Virus record (IMG/VR): IMGVR_UViG_3300005613_000018
Location: 1 to 64,000 of that record
Direction: 5' to 3' (one strand)
Origin: a virus
DNA length: 64,000 nucleotides
Part shown: one piece after another, positions 62,883-64,000 of the stretch
Numbering within the stretch: the stretch's first letter is position 1
Layout: the number at the start of each line of letters is the position of its first letter
Notes under the pieces: model-generated
Database searches by the model: none
What the model was told of the DNA's origin: nothing
The model's input: only the letters and a program-made list of their open reading frames with translations
Program-made: the position numbers and the translations under genes

Positions 62883-64000
62883 ATGGCAGTAGATAGAGTA
62901 AAGTTCCAAAATATTGTCGCTAGTCAACTTCCAAGATATGTACGAGAAGATTTTCCTCTTCTCGTAGATTTTCTTGAGCAGTACTATCTCTCTCAAGAAG
63001 TTCAAAGTGGAACTCTTGATTTAATTCAAAATATTGATCAATATGTAAAAGTTGAAGAACTTACAAATCTTAAGAACTCTACAGTTCTTGGTGCCGATCT
63101 TTCCATCACAGGAACAACCATTACATGTTCTTTAGATGATAACTTTACTGAAGGATTTGTAGACACTAATGGATTGATTAAAATTGATGATGAAATAATT
63201 TTTTATGAAACTAAAACTGATACTACATTTGAAGGTTGTGTAAGAGGTTTTAGTGGAGTAACCTCTTATCAAAAATCGAATACACCAGATGAGTTAGTTT
63301 TTAGTAATTCTTCAATTACATCTCATAAATCAGGTGCTATAATTTATAATTTGAACGTTATTTTTCTACAGGAATTTCTTAAAAAACTGAAAAATCAGAT
63401 CACACCAGGATTTCAGGATAGATCTTTAGCCTCTAATTTAAATCAGAAGAATTTTATCTATAATGTTGACAGTTTTTACAAAACTAAGGGAACTGATAGA
63501 TCCTTTAAAATTCTTTTTGGTGCTTTGTATGGAGAGGATGTAGAAGTCATACACCCAAGTGAATATCTTTTTAGGCCATCAGATGCAGACTATCGAGTTA
63601 CTCAAGATTTTGTTGTGAAGGCAGTTCGAGGAAATCCACTCGAACTTAAGAACTTAACTCTATATCAAAATACTACAGGAGCTAGAGGATCTGTATCCGA
63701 TGTAGAAAAAATTAATTATAGTGAAGGAGATTACTATAAAATAAGTGTTGACTATGGATATCAAAGAGATATTGATGTTGATGGAACAATTTACAGTCAA
63801 TTTTCTCCAAATCCAGTTACAAAAATATTGAATGATGTAAGTATAAATTCTACTACTATTGATGTAGACTCGACCTCATCATTCCCAGAGGCCGGTTCTC
63901 TTGCAGTTAAGGACATTGATAATAATGATCTACTCTTATCATATAGTGGAAAAAATATTACTCAATTTTTAAATGTTACTGGTGTAAGAAATAGGATCAG
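62883..64000 (+). CDS. gp7: Baseplate wedge initiator gp7 (runs off window)
   Basis: QLPRYVREDFP..FLEQYY, FYKTKGT..SFKILF..LYGE; follows gp6. Confidence 0.8.
   Translation, partial: MAVDRVKFQNIVASQLPRYVREDFPLLVDFLEQYYLSQEVQSGTLDLIQNIDQYVKVEELTNLKNSTVLGADLSITGTTITCSLDDNFTEGFVDTNGLIKIDDEIIFYETKTDTTFEGCVRGFSGVTSYQKSNTPDELVFSNSSITSHKSGAIIYNLNVIFLQEFLKKLKNQITPGFQDRSLASNLNQKNFIYNVDSFYKTKGTDRSFKILFGALYGEDVEVIHPSEYLFRPSDADYRVTQDFVVKAVRGNPLELKNLTLYQNTTGARGSVSDVEKINYSEGDYYKISVDYGYQRDIDVDGTIYSQFSPNPVTKILNDVSINSTTIDVDSTSSFPEAGSLAVKDIDNNDLLLSYSGKNITQFLNVTGVRNRI

Overview
AT-rich 64-kb segment of a T4-like cyanomyovirus (Synechococcus/Prochlorococcus-type phage). Order: 3' part of psbA and a collapsed psbD remnant; rimK-like ligase, glutaredoxin, a tandem glutamine-riboswitch/DUF4278 locus interrupted by a GIY-YIG endonuclease; thyX, phoH, exonuclease, gp33, gp59, gp32; baseplate genes (gp53, gp48, gp4, gp26, gp51, gp5); tRNA-Leu(TAA); three large tail/fibre genes; a ~16-kb accessory region (40.5-56.5 kb) of small co-oriented ORFs punctuated by 15 copies of a conserved ~35-bp motif (AAAGTTAGTWACCTCNAAAGTTCYYYTATAGT); an origin-like non-coding area; then a DUF4338-like gene, a glycosyltransferase-like gene, gp25, gp6 and the start of gp7. 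The most notable items are the repeat-punctuated cassette array, a glutamine aptamer with a whole ORF in its P2 loop, the in-frame collapsed psbD and a pseudoknot in the gp32 leader. All family calls are from motif recognition and gene order; no searches were run.
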